A stretch of DNA of 64,000 nt from Bacteroidales bacterium (GTDB lineage Bacteria; Bacteroidota; Bacteroidia; Bacteroidales; VadinHA17): assembly GCA_035527935.1 (NCBI GenBank), contig DATKZO010000048.1, positions 58,690 to 122,689 on the forward strand, in the 5' to 3' direction. The position numbers were made by a program, and so were the translations under genes. How positions within the stretch are numbered: the stretch's first letter is position 1; every line of letters starts with the position of its first letter. Positions 8,407-17,788 of this stretch are shown one piece after another. The notes under the pieces are model-generated. The model made no database searches. It worked only from the letters and a program-made list of their open reading frames with translations, and was not told the origin of the DNA.

Positions 8407-9420
8407 GTGGAAGCCAGGTACTATAAAAAGGAAGGAAACTCAGTTGTCAGATGCATGCTGTGCCCTCATCAGTGTTCCATCGAACCTGATCAAAAAGGAA
8501 TTTGCGGCGTCAGGTTAAATAAAGGGGGAAAGCTGGTAACGCAGGTGTACGGTGTGATATCCGGATTTGGACTTGATCCTGTCGAAAAAAAACCACTGTA
8601 TCACTTCTTTCCCGGTTATAATATATTATCCGCCGGATCCTATGGTTGTAATTTTTCATGTTTTTTTTGCCAGAACCATTCAATTTCACAGGTAAACGAT
8701 CTCGGGGTAATCCCAAAGGGTAAGGTGGCAACTCCTGATCAACTGATTTCTCAGGCAAGGCAAGCGGTAAATAATGTAGGCGTAGCATTTACCTATAATG
8801 AACCATCTGTATGGTTTGAATTTATGTATGATACTGCTGTATTAGCCAATAGAAAAAAATTGCGTACAGCGATGGTAACTAACGGGTATATTAACGCTGA
8901 CCCACTAAAAGAGCTACTTAAAGTAATTGATGCCTTTAACATTGACCTGAAATCCTTCGATGACTCATTTTACCGGCAGCATAGTAAGGCAACGCTCAAA
9001 CCGGTACTAAGGAGTATCCTTGACATCCATAGATCAGGGCGGCATTTAGAGCTCACGATGCTCATCATTCCAACACTGAACGACCAGATCGCAATGTTTC
9101 GTGATTGTGTTAAATGGATTGCAGAAAATACAGGAAGGGACACGGTCCTTCATCTCAGCCGCTATTTCCCGAGATACAAATCAAGTATCCCGGCCACAGC
9201 GAAAGACAAACTGGATGAGCTATTTAACATTGCACTGGAGTATTTGAATTTTGTATACATGGGAAATATCGATGGTGAAACGGGGCAAAATACAGTCTGC
9301 CCTGATTGCGCCAGTCTCATTACTAAAAGAGTTGGCTACCAGGTAATTAACATGAATTCTGATGATAAGGGGAATTGCAGTAGCTGCGGGAGGAAGATAT
9401 ATAATTATTTTACTTTTTGA
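8407..9420 (+). CDS. amrS: AmmeMemoRadiSam system radical SAM enzyme
   Basis: 337 aa with a GTG start. It has a CNFSCFFCQN (CxxxCxxC) radical-SAM cluster motif. N-terminal cysteines (RCMLCPHQC...GICGVR) and C-terminal cysteines (CPDC...CSSCG) are arranged as in this family. Confidence 0.8.
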   Translation: MEARYYKKEGNSVVRCMLCPHQCSIEPDQKGICGVRLNKGGKLVTQVYGVISGFGLDPVEKKPLYHFFPGYNILSAGSYGCNFSCFFCQNHSISQVNDLGVIPKGKVATPDQLISQARQAVNNVGVAFTYNEPSVWFEFMYDTAVLANRKKLRTAMVTNGYINADPLKELLKVIDAFNIDLKSFDDSFYRQHSKATLKPVLRSILDIHRSGRHLELTMLIIPTLNDQIAMFRDCVKWIAENTGRDTVLHLSRYFPRYKSSIPATAKDKLDELFNIALEYLNFVYMGNIDGETGQNTVCPDCASLITKRVGYQVINMNSDDKGNCSSCGRKIYNYFTF

Positions 9421-9697
9421 CGACTTTGCTGATACGGTCAAAGAGCTTGTCAACACCTTTAACGAGGTCTTCTCGTAGTTTTCTGTAATGAGCTTTTACC
9501 AGTCCCGGATTATCCTTTCCAACCGGATGATTTGCCCTTGCGACAAGGTCATTTCGCAGTTTAACTGCATCTGCCACAATCAGGGATAATTCTTCCGACT
9601 TTTCCTCAGGTTTCACCGACATTACAGTAAAACAATCTGATATTACCTCAAAAACCAGGTAATCAATATCTTTTTTTAATTCCCTGACACTTGCCAT
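9410..9697 (-). CDS. Hypothetical small helical protein
   Basis: 95 aa with clean ATG-to-stop and a charged helical composition. I recognised no motif. It converges on amrS with an 11-nt overlap. Confidence 0.5.
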   Translation of the reverse strand: MASVRELKKDIDYLVFEVISDCFTVMSVKPEEKSEELSLIVADAVKLRNDLVARANHPVGKDNPGLVKAHYRKLREDLVKGVDKLFDRISKVVKK

Positions 9698-9756
9698 AGT
9701 TTGTTATTTTCGATCCAAATATAGTGATAATTAACTACATAAATAATCCACTGAGG

Positions 9757-10584
9757 TCACCCGTGTTTGTTCATTGCTATATAGGATTCTACAAGTTCCT
9801 GGTATTCTGAATATAGGTTCTTCAGCAATGGGTCATCGACTTTAAGATCATTTTCATCAATTTTCCTTATAGCAAGCAAATGAGGTGATGTCCCTGAAAT
9901 GAATGCCGAATCAATATTTCCCAGTTCATCTACCGGCATACATCTTAGTTCCACGGGAATATTACGGTTATTGCATATGTCCAGAATATGCCTTCTGGTT
10001 ATTCCGCCAAGTACGCATTCGTCAGGAGCAGTAATTAATTCATTATTCTTAATGAAAAATATATTCGACCTGCTGCCTTCTGTAATACAATTATTCACGT
10101 TTACAAGCAGGGCCTCATAGGCGCCTTTGCTGACCAGCAGACGGAGAATTGTATTTCGCATCTGAAGATTAAAGACCTTTACCACAGGATTTTTTCTTTC
10201 ACCATAATAAAGGATGGTATCCACACCTGACCTGTACATCTCTTCATCAGGATACTGCGCCTCCACAAAATAGATAATTACCCTGCTGGTGTCATTGCTG
10301 AAATTGAATACTATCTTCAGGTTGCCATTGGCAATATCGGCTTTTTTAATCAATGAGTTTGTCCATTGCCTGACTGAATCAGCTGAAGCCAGACGGGGCT
10401 TCCCTTGAAGTTCAAGACTCCCCCATAATCTTTCTATGTGATCCTCGAAGAAAATGGGTACCTGATCAAACACCCTGAGTACCTCATAAAAGCTCTCACC
10501 TTCAAACACGAACAGAGGATTAAATCCAGAGCTGAGTTTAATTTCCCCATCAACGGAGAATATCGGCCCATAACACTCTCTCAT
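9757..10584 (-). CDS. Class IV aminotransferase (branched-chain amino acid aminotransferase / aminodeoxychorismate lyase-like)
   Basis: Fold-type IV pattern (EGSRSNIFFIKNNELITAP, LGGITR, ISGTSP). I prefer the ATG at 10584 (MRECYGPIF) over the TTG at 10635, because a TAnnTTTG box lies between them. Confidence 0.75.
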   Translation of the reverse strand: MRECYGPIFSVDGEIKLSSGFNPLFVFEGESFYEVLRVFDQVPIFFEDHIERLWGSLELQGKPRLASADSVRQWTNSLIKKADIANGNLKIVFNFSNDTSRVIIYFVEAQYPDEEMYRSGVDTILYYGERKNPVVKVFNLQMRNTILRLLVSKGAYEALLVNVNNCITEGSRSNIFFIKNNELITAPDECVLGGITRRHILDICNNRNIPVELRCMPVDELGNIDSAFISGTSPHLLAIRKIDENDLKVDDPLLKNLYSEYQELVESYIAMNKHG

Positions 10585-10602
10585 AGTAAAATCGTTTAGA
10601 CA

Positions 10603-10610
10603 CAAAAATA
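10603..10610 (-). promoter_or_regulatory. Candidate Bacteroidota -7 promoter box (TATTTTTG = TAnnTTTG)
   Basis: The minus strand reads TATTTTTG 19-26 nt upstream of the ATG at 10584. This is a consensus match only. Confidence 0.3.
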
Positions 10611-10668
10611 GTAACTTATTATAGACCTGCGCCAAAAACTGGTTATATTAGCGGGTAAATAACTGCCA

Positions 10669-12033
10669 TTGTACGCGATAGTCGACATAGAAACAACCGG
10701 TGGCAGTCCAAGGTCAGAAAGGATCACCGAAATAGCTATTTTCATCCATGACGGGGAGAAAATAACCGATGAATATTCTACCCTCATTAATCCTGAAAGG
10801 AATATTCCTTACTTTATAACCAACCTTACGGGTATAACTAATGAGATGGTGGAAGATGCTCCCAAGTTCTACGAGGTTGCAAAGGATATCGTTAAAATAA
10901 CTGAGGGGAAGACCTTTGTGGCACACAATGCCAGGTTTGATTATTCATTCATCAGGCAGGAATTCAAAAATCTGGGATTCAATTACATAAGGAATCTTCT
11001 CGATACCCTATCCCTTGGCAGAAAATTACTGCCAGGATATAGCTCCTACAGCCTGGATAATATCTGTAAAGATCTGGGAATTGATATCGACGGGAGACAC
11101 CGGGCCAGGAGTGATGCTCTTGCTACAGTTAAATTGTTTGAAATTCTCCTTGAAGCGGAGACGCAATCCGATAATCCCGGTTTTATCAATAATACAAAAC
11201 TTTCAAAACTAAATCCCGATCTCGACATCAGTATATTAGGTCAGCTTCCGGAAGATTCCGGCGTCTATTATTTTTATGATAACAAGGGGCAACTGATCTA
11301 TATAGGCAAGAGTAAAAATATTAAACAACGGGTAATGACCCATCTGTCGAATAATACATCAAAAAGAGCAATGGAGATGAGGGATGCAATTGCCGGAATA
11401 ACCTGGAAGGAGACAGGTAGTGAGCTTATTGCGTTACTAATGGAATCAGAAGAGATAAAACTCCATAAGCCAAAATACAACCGGGCACAAAGAAGGACAG
11501 GGTTCCATTGGGGTATATACCACTTCTATAACGAAAAGGGATATCTCTGTTTTGAGATTCGTAAGATCAATGAAGACAAGGGATTACTATCAGTCTTTAC
11601 CTCCAGGGTCAATGCAAAGCAGGTCCTTGAAAATCTATTGGAGAAATATGAACTGTGCCAGAAACTCTGTGGTTTGTATGAATCGCCGGGCGAATGTTTT
11701 CATCATCAGGTAAGTATTTGCAAAGGAGCCTGCTGTGGTGAAGAGGTTCCGGCTGCATATAATCTCAGGTCAGTAAAGGCAATGAATGATTTTGTATTTA
11801 GCCAGGAAAATTTCTTCTTGATCGATTCCGGAAGGCATGATGAGGAAAAATGTGCCGTTAAGATAATCAACGGGAAATATATTGGCTACGGCTATTTTGA
11901 TATTAATGAGGTTGGTTTCGGTCTGGGTGCAATACACGATTGCATAAAACCTTCCAATGACAACAGGGATATTCAGGTCATACTGAAGGGTTATCTTAAA
12001 AGAAACAAAATTGAAAGAGTTCTCAAGTTCTGA
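10669..12033 (+). CDS. DnaQ-like 3'-5' exonuclease fused to GIY-YIG (UvrC/Cho N-terminal-like) nuclease domain
   Basis: 454 aa with a TTG start. It has DEDDh exonuclease motifs (YAIVDIETTG, AHNARFDYSF, HRARSDA), then GIY-YIG (GVYYFYDNKGQLIYIGKSKNIKQR), then a Cys-rich block CQKLCGLYESPGECFHHQVSICKGACCG. Confidence 0.85.
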   Translation: MYAIVDIETTGGSPRSERITEIAIFIHDGEKITDEYSTLINPERNIPYFITNLTGITNEMVEDAPKFYEVAKDIVKITEGKTFVAHNARFDYSFIRQEFKNLGFNYIRNLLDTLSLGRKLLPGYSSYSLDNICKDLGIDIDGRHRARSDALATVKLFEILLEAETQSDNPGFINNTKLSKLNPDLDISILGQLPEDSGVYYFYDNKGQLIYIGKSKNIKQRVMTHLSNNTSKRAMEMRDAIAGITWKETGSELIALLMESEEIKLHKPKYNRAQRRTGFHWGIYHFYNEKGYLCFEIRKINEDKGLLSVFTSRVNAKQVLENLLEKYELCQKLCGLYESPGECFHHQVSICKGACCGEEVPAAYNLRSVKAMNDFVFSQENFFLIDSGRHDEEKCAVKIINGKYIGYGYFDINEVGFGLGAIHDCIKPSNDNRDIQVILKGYLKRNKIERVLKF

Positions 12034-12082
12034 TTAAATTAATAAATTTAAGGACATTTTTTAAAAATAAAATATTTCAGCC

Positions 12083-12733
12083 ATGGCAGTTTTTACCCGG
12101 CATACCAAGAAGATTATTATTAAGATTGACGACTTCTTTGATATTGTTGAGGAGGGACTTCTGATCTTTAAAGAGGGAGTGAGAAGCTACCTTCAGAATG
12201 ACATGATCTCTTTTGAAAGTCATCTTGTAAGGATTGACAAGCTTGAATCCAGAGCCGACCAGCTTCAAAAAGAGATCGAAAATAACATGATCATTCACAC
12301 TATTCTTCCGCAGCACAGGGCTGAGGTTGCCACCCTTATAGAAGATATAGATGATCTTATCGATGCAACAAAGGAGATACTCAAACAGTTTGACGTAGAG
12401 ATTCCTTCAATACCGGAGGAGTTGCACAAGGATTTTATTAGCCTTACAGAGGTTGCCGTAATGGCCGGAGAGGAACTTATCCCCGCAGCCAGATTATTCT
12501 TCAAGGAGCCACACAAGGTCAGGAACCAGCTCAACAAGGTGTATTTCTACGAAAGGGAATGCGATAACATCTCCAATAAAATCAAGAAGTATATTTTCCA
12601 TGAGATGAAATCACTTGACCTTTCTCACAAATCTCACCTCAGGTATTTCACACACCACATCGAAAGATTGTCAGATTATGCCGAATCAGTCGCAGACCTG
12701 TTATCAAGTATGGCAATCAGGGTTGTGATGTAA
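12083..12733 (+). CDS. DUF47 / TIGR00153 family PhoU-like protein (phosphate transport regulator-like)
   Basis: 216 aa, all-helical. It sits directly upstream of a PiT transporter, the usual genomic pairing for this family. Confidence 0.75.
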   Translation: MAVFTRHTKKIIIKIDDFFDIVEEGLLIFKEGVRSYLQNDMISFESHLVRIDKLESRADQLQKEIENNMIIHTILPQHRAEVATLIEDIDDLIDATKEILKQFDVEIPSIPEELHKDFISLTEVAVMAGEELIPAARLFFKEPHKVRNQLNKVYFYERECDNISNKIKKYIFHEMKSLDLSHKSHLRYFTHHIERLSDYAESVADLLSSMAIRVVM

Positions 12734-12734
12734 A

Positions 12735-12790
12735 CGAAGGGCGAAGTGCGAAGGGCAAAGAGCGAAGGGAAAAGGGCGAAAGTTTAAAGA
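12735..12790 (+). repeat. 14-nt purine-rich tandem repeat, about 4 units (CGAAGGGCGAAGTG / CGAAGGGCAAAGAG / CGAAGGGAAAAGGG / CGAAAGTTTAAAGA)
   Basis: Read directly from the sequence. The units start at 12735, 12749, 12763 and 12777 and fill most of the 75-nt spacer between the DUF47 and PiT genes. Confidence 0.85.
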
Positions 12791-12808
12791 GTAAAATTAG
12801 ATTAAGGA

Positions 12809-14023
12809 ATGGTACTTTTTTTCATAACAAGCGGTCTTTTCCTGGGCTGGTCGCTGGGTGCCAATGATGCTGCCAATGTGTTTGGTTCAGCTGTCGGGAC
12901 CAGGATGGTAACCTTTAAAAGGGCTGCGATTGTGGCTTCAATATTTGTCATTCTCGGGGCAGTATTCCAGGGAGAGGGAGCCTCTCACACCCTCGGCAAG
13001 CTTGGTGCCGTAAACGCACTAGGGGGTTCATTTACAGTGGCCCTTGCCGCTGCTCTGACCGTTTACTGGATGACCCGAATACGCGTTCCGGTATCAACTA
13101 CTCAGGCCATTGTAGGAGCAATCATTGGTTGGAACTTTTTTTCCGGTAGTTCCACCGATCTGACATCACTGACAAAAATTGTGACAACATGGGTCACCGG
13201 GCCATTAATCGGGGCTGGTTTTGCCATATTACTTTATATGCTGCTTAAATTTATCAAACGCAGATCACGTATACATATGGTTCGGTATGAGTCCTATATT
13301 CGTACCGGGCTGTTGATAGTCGGGGCGTTTGGATCATACAGCCTTGGCGCCAACAATATAGCTAACGTAATGGGAGTGTTTGTACCAGCAATATCACTTC
13401 CTGAAGTTGACCTCGGACTATTCACACTAAATGGAGGGCAGCAACTGTTCCTTCTGGGTGGTATTGCCATAGCGTTTGGAATTGTAACCTATTCAGAACA
13501 TGTTATGAAGACCGTGGGGAACAACCTTCTGGAGCTGAATGCTGATACTGCTCTAATAATTGTACTTGCTCATTCTCTTGTTCTGTTCATTTTCTCATCG
13601 ACTGCTCTTTCTGATTTTGTTGCCGGTCTCGGACTGCCCAGGATCCCGCTGGTACCCGTTTCGAGTTCACAGGTGATTGTAGGGGCCATTATCGGTATTG
13701 GTCTCTATAAAGGTGTCGGTAATATCAATTTTAAAACCCTGAGAGGTATTGTTTCCGGATGGGTCACTACGCCTGTTATCGCCTGTGTTATATCATTTAT
13801 GTCTCTCTTCTTCGTCCAGAATGTATTTGATATTCCGGTATTCTATGAAACCGGTAATGCGGCAGGAGCTGTTGTTGAAGGAATAGAGGAAACTACCGTT
13901 ACGGCGGTCCGATATTCTCTCGATCCGGGCCTTATAATTTCAATTATCTTTGCTGTGATAGCATCAATTTTTGGCTATTTGTGGTACAGGGAAAAGCAAA
14001 AGAGTGACTCACAACGTTATTAA
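12809..14023 (+). CDS. Inorganic phosphate transporter, PiT family
   Basis: 404 aa and polytopic. It has the two PiT signatures GANDAANVFGSAVGTR and GANNIANVMG. Confidence 0.9.
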   Translation: MVLFFITSGLFLGWSLGANDAANVFGSAVGTRMVTFKRAAIVASIFVILGAVFQGEGASHTLGKLGAVNALGGSFTVALAAALTVYWMTRIRVPVSTTQAIVGAIIGWNFFSGSSTDLTSLTKIVTTWVTGPLIGAGFAILLYMLLKFIKRRSRIHMVRYESYIRTGLLIVGAFGSYSLGANNIANVMGVFVPAISLPEVDLGLFTLNGGQQLFLLGGIAIAFGIVTYSEHVMKTVGNNLLELNADTALIIVLAHSLVLFIFSSTALSDFVAGLGLPRIPLVPVSSSQVIVGAIIGIGLYKGVGNINFKTLRGIVSGWVTTPVIACVISFMSLFFVQNVFDIPVFYETGNAAGAVVEGIEETTVTAVRYSLDPGLIISIIFAVIASIFGYLWYREKQKSDSQRY

Positions 14024-14031
14024 CTGATAAA

Positions 14032-14499
14032 ATGGGGTTTGAAATAGAGAGAAAATACATTGTCAAAGGGAACTATAGCAAATATCTATCCTCCTCACAT
14101 TCCATCAAGCAGGGTTTCCTTTCAGTAGATAATGACAGAGTGGTCAGGATTCGATCATTCGATGATAAAGGTTATATAACCGTTAAGGGAAGACTCAAAG
14201 GGCTGACACGGTTTGAATGGGATAAGGAAATAACCAAAAAAGAGGCTGATGACCTGATTGAACTATGTCTGCCATTCTTAATTGAGAAAACAAGACATAT
14301 AATAATATATAAGAAACAGAGAATTGAAGTGGATGAATTCCATGGTAGAAACTCCGGCCTTATCCTGGCTGAGATAGAATTGGATTCAGAGACCACAGTG
14401 CCGGAATTGCCTGACTGGATCGGTGAAGAGGTGACGGATGATACGAGATATTACCATTCGTACCTGAGCCAAAATCCATTCACTTCCTGGGATAAATAA
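14032..14499 (+). CDS. CYTH domain protein (CyaB/thiamine-triphosphatase-like triphosphate tunnel enzyme)
   Basis: 155 aa. It starts with the N-terminal hallmark FEIERKY and has acidic strands (EVDEF, LAEIEL). Confidence 0.8.
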   Translation: MGFEIERKYIVKGNYSKYLSSSHSIKQGFLSVDNDRVVRIRSFDDKGYITVKGRLKGLTRFEWDKEITKKEADDLIELCLPFLIEKTRHIIIYKKQRIEVDEFHGRNSGLILAEIELDSETTVPELPDWIGEEVTDDTRYYHSYLSQNPFTSWDK

Positions 14500-14518
14500 T
14501 CTTTATACAATTTATAGT

Positions 14519-15862
14519 ATGAAACAGAAAATTATCATCAGTGCTTTAATAACGATAGTTCTGCTGAAATGCGGCACAACCACCGCACAGGAAGAATCAG
14601 CAATTAATGTCTTGATTGGGAATGAGGTTAACAGGTTTTCAGAGAGGGCATACAATATATATGTTGACCTGCATCAGACTCCCGAGCTATCATTAATGGA
14701 ATTTGAAACTTCATCAAAAATGGCCAAATATCTCGATGAATTTGGCTTTGACGTAACAACAGGAATCGGAGGTAATGGTGTGGTAGGCATACTGAAGAAT
14801 GGAGATGGGCCGGTTATCCTATTACGTACCGACATGGATGCATTACCAATAAAGGAAACTACAGGGCTCGAATTTGCCAGCACAAGAATTAGAGAGGACC
14901 CTGAAGGAAACAAATGGCCGGTGATGCATGCCTGCGGCCATGATATGCATATGACTGTATGGCTGGGAGCGATTAACACCCTGGTACGATTGAGTTCAGA
15001 ATGGAGCGGCACACTTATTGCTATCGCCCAACCAGCTGAAGAAGTTGTTGGAGGTGCATCCGGAATGATAAATGATGGTCTTTTCAAGAGATTCCCTGTT
15101 CCTGATTTTGCACTATGTTATCATGTAAGTGCCGAGCTACCTGCAGGATCAGTGGGATTCTATCCCGGGTCAATATTTGCAGGTGTGAATTCAGCAGATC
15201 TTACTATTTTTGGTGTAGGAGGCCATGGAGCAATGCCGCATACTACTATCGACCCGATTGTACTGTCTGCACAGACTATCCTTTCACTTCAGACAATTGT
15301 TAGCCGTGAAATAAATCCTGTTTACCCGGCTGTTGTGACAGTAGGATCAATTCACGGAGGCACAAAAGACAATATTATCCCTGAAGAGGTAACCATGCAA
15401 TTAACATTGCGGTTCTTTGATGAAAAGGTTTATGAAAAGATCAGGGAAGCCCTGATAAGGATCCCGGAAGGTATTGCAAGGGCGGCCGGCTTACCTGATG
15501 ATAAAATGCCGCGATTAATACTTGGTGACCATTATACTCCTCCTGTAACTAATGATCCTGACCTTATTAACAGAGCATCCGCTTCTATGAGAGATATTAT
15601 TGGAGAGAAAAATGTGTTCCGTGTCGATCCGGCAACCGTAGCTGAAGATTTTGGAAGATATGGAAGAACTGAGGAGCAGGTGAAGATTGCACTTTTCTGG
15701 CTAGGGACTGTAAACCCGCAAAAACTTCTTGAAGCAAATGAAGCGGGAAGCAGCATTCCTGCCCTTCACAATCCTGGTTTTTGTCCGGATTTTTATCCAA
15801 CATTTGAAGGCGGGGTAAAAGCGATGGTAAGGACGGTGATCGACCTCTATAATATCAGGTGA
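14519..15862 (+). CDS. M20D family amidohydrolase (hippurate hydrolase / aminoacylase-like), secreted
   Basis: 447 aa with a signal peptide. It has the MHACGHDMH metal-site motif and the M20D layout. Confidence 0.85.
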   Translation: MKQKIIISALITIVLLKCGTTTAQEESAINVLIGNEVNRFSERAYNIYVDLHQTPELSLMEFETSSKMAKYLDEFGFDVTTGIGGNGVVGILKNGDGPVILLRTDMDALPIKETTGLEFASTRIREDPEGNKWPVMHACGHDMHMTVWLGAINTLVRLSSEWSGTLIAIAQPAEEVVGGASGMINDGLFKRFPVPDFALCYHVSAELPAGSVGFYPGSIFAGVNSADLTIFGVGGHGAMPHTTIDPIVLSAQTILSLQTIVSREINPVYPAVVTVGSIHGGTKDNIIPEEVTMQLTLRFFDEKVYEKIREALIRIPEGIARAAGLPDDKMPRLILGDHYTPPVTNDPDLINRASASMRDIIGEKNVFRVDPATVAEDFGRYGRTEEQVKIALFWLGTVNPQKLLEANEAGSSIPALHNPGFCPDFYPTFEGGVKAMVRTVIDLYNIR

Positions 15863-16089
15863 CTGGATATTGCATCACATTTCCCCATTCTCTCCAACAT
15901 ACCTTGTTAATACTGTATCCGGATTAAACTTCTTTTCAAAACTGATCCCGGTTTTGGAAATGTGAATAAATATTCTTCTATTAGTATCTGGAATAAATGA
16001 CTAATGTGGTTTTCTTACCCGATCAGTTTCCGGAACAATATTGCGATATTGCTCCATATAGGAATAAATAACTTATAAATCAATATACA

Positions 16090-17784
16090 ATGAGAAGTAA
16101 AATAATGATTTCATTAGCACTTCATATTCTTGTAACATTTTGTCTGACCGGACAGGACCGGATCACAGGACATGATTTTGCTACCAGGTCGGAAGTAATT
16201 GCTCAAAATGGTATGGCCTGCACAAGTCAGCCGCTCGCAACCCAGGTTGCGCTCGATGTACTCAAGAAAGGTGGTAACGCAATCGATGCAGCAATAGCTG
16301 CCAATGCAGTTCTGGGATTGGTTGAACCGACAGGTTCAGGTATTGGAGGTGATCTTTTTGCAATTATCTGGAGCGCCGATAAAGAGAAACTATTTGGGCT
16401 GAATGCAAGTGGCAGATCTCCAAGGACCTTGAAACTTGAGTACTTCACGGAGAATGGGTATGAAAAAATACCTCCATACGGTCCCCTCCCGGTATCTGTT
16501 CCGGGGTGCGTGGATGGCTGGTTTGAAATGCATGATCTGTTCGGAACAATTCCTATGGCCGAACTTCTGCAACCTGCAATTGATTATGCAAAAAATGGAT
16601 TCCCTGTCACCGAGTTGATTGCCTGGTATATGAAGTCAGGTACTGCTAACCTGAAACGCTTTCCGAACGTTGCAGAAGTATTTATGCCAAATGGAAAGTC
16701 ACCCGAAAAAGGCGAGGTCTTCAGGAATCCCGCTCTGGCAAACACACTTGAGAAAATTGCAAAAGGCGGCAGAAATGAATTTTACAGAGGTTCTATCGCA
16801 AGAACAATATCAGATTTTATGAAGGAACAGGGTGGTTTTCTAACATCTGACGATCTTTCGCGACATCACTCTGAATGGGTAGAACCAATCAGCACTAACT
16901 ACAGAGGTTATGATGTGTGGGAACTGCCGCCAAATGGTCAGGGAACAGCAGCACTCCAGATCCTTAATATTCTTGAAGGCTACAACATAAAGGAAATGGG
17001 ATTTGGTTCGGCTGAATACATCCATCACTTTGTGGAAGCGAAAAAGCTGGCATTTGAGGACCGCGCAAAATATTATGCAGACCCCTCTTTCGTTGATATA
17101 CCTATTGATGAGTTAATTTCAAAAGAATATGCCAAAGAGAGACGCAAACTTATAAACCCTGACAGAGCAAGCAGGAGCTATAGCCCCGGAGACCTGGAAA
17201 AGGGGAATACCATATATCTTACCGTAGCTGACAAGTTTGGTAACATGGTCTCTTTAATTCAGAGTAATTACCAGGGGATGGGCTCCGGAATGTGCCCTCC
17301 GGGCCTTGGATTTATCCTTCAGGACAGGGGTGAATTGTTCAGCCTCAGCGAAGGGCATAATAATGCATATGCTCCCGGGAAAAGACCGTTTCATACAATT
17401 ATACCGGCATTTATTACCAGAGACGGAAAACCATGGATCAGCTTTGGCGTGATGGGAGGATCAATGCAACCCCAGGGCCATGCCCAGATAGTTATTAACC
17501 TGATTGACTTCGGGATGAATCTGCAGGAGGCAGGAGATGCGCCGCGGATGAGGCACGGTGGTTCCTCACAGCCAACCGGAGAGCTAATGACTGATGGTGG
17601 TGCCCTGTACCTGGAAAGTGGAATAAGATGGGAGGAGATACAGAAGTTGTTGACGATGGGACATAAAGTTCAATGGAACCTTGGTAGTTACGGAGGATAC
17701 CAGGCAATCATGTGGGATAGCAATAAAGGTGTCTATTTTGGAGCTTCGGAATCCAGAAAAGATGGTCAGGCAGCAGGATATTAA
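16090..17784 (+). CDS. ggt: Gamma-glutamyltransferase
   Basis: 564 aa with a signal peptide. It has the family pattern GGNAIDAAIAA, the autoprocessing-site context GNTIYLTVADKFGNMVSLIQS, and GVMGGSMQPQGH. Confidence 0.9.
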   Translation: MRSKIMISLALHILVTFCLTGQDRITGHDFATRSEVIAQNGMACTSQPLATQVALDVLKKGGNAIDAAIAANAVLGLVEPTGSGIGGDLFAIIWSADKEKLFGLNASGRSPRTLKLEYFTENGYEKIPPYGPLPVSVPGCVDGWFEMHDLFGTIPMAELLQPAIDYAKNGFPVTELIAWYMKSGTANLKRFPNVAEVFMPNGKSPEKGEVFRNPALANTLEKIAKGGRNEFYRGSIARTISDFMKEQGGFLTSDDLSRHHSEWVEPISTNYRGYDVWELPPNGQGTAALQILNILEGYNIKEMGFGSAEYIHHFVEAKKLAFEDRAKYYADPSFVDIPIDELISKEYAKERRKLINPDRASRSYSPGDLEKGNTIYLTVADKFGNMVSLIQSNYQGMGSGMCPPGLGFILQDRGELFSLSEGHNNAYAPGKRPFHTIIPAFITRDGKPWISFGVMGGSMQPQGHAQIVINLIDFGMNLQEAGDAPRMRHGGSSQPTGELMTDGGALYLESGIRWEEIQKLLTMGHKVQWNLGSYGGYQAIMWDSNKGVYFGASESRKDGQAAGY

Positions 17785-17788
17785 TGAG

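Noticed and set aside
15900-16035. Minus-strand open frame reading ...RRIFIHISKTGISFEKKFNPDTVLTRYVGENGEM, reminiscent of a sulfotransferase FIHIPKTGG start.
   Set aside because: It has about 44 codons, no start codon and only a single short motif. This is insufficient to call even a remnant.
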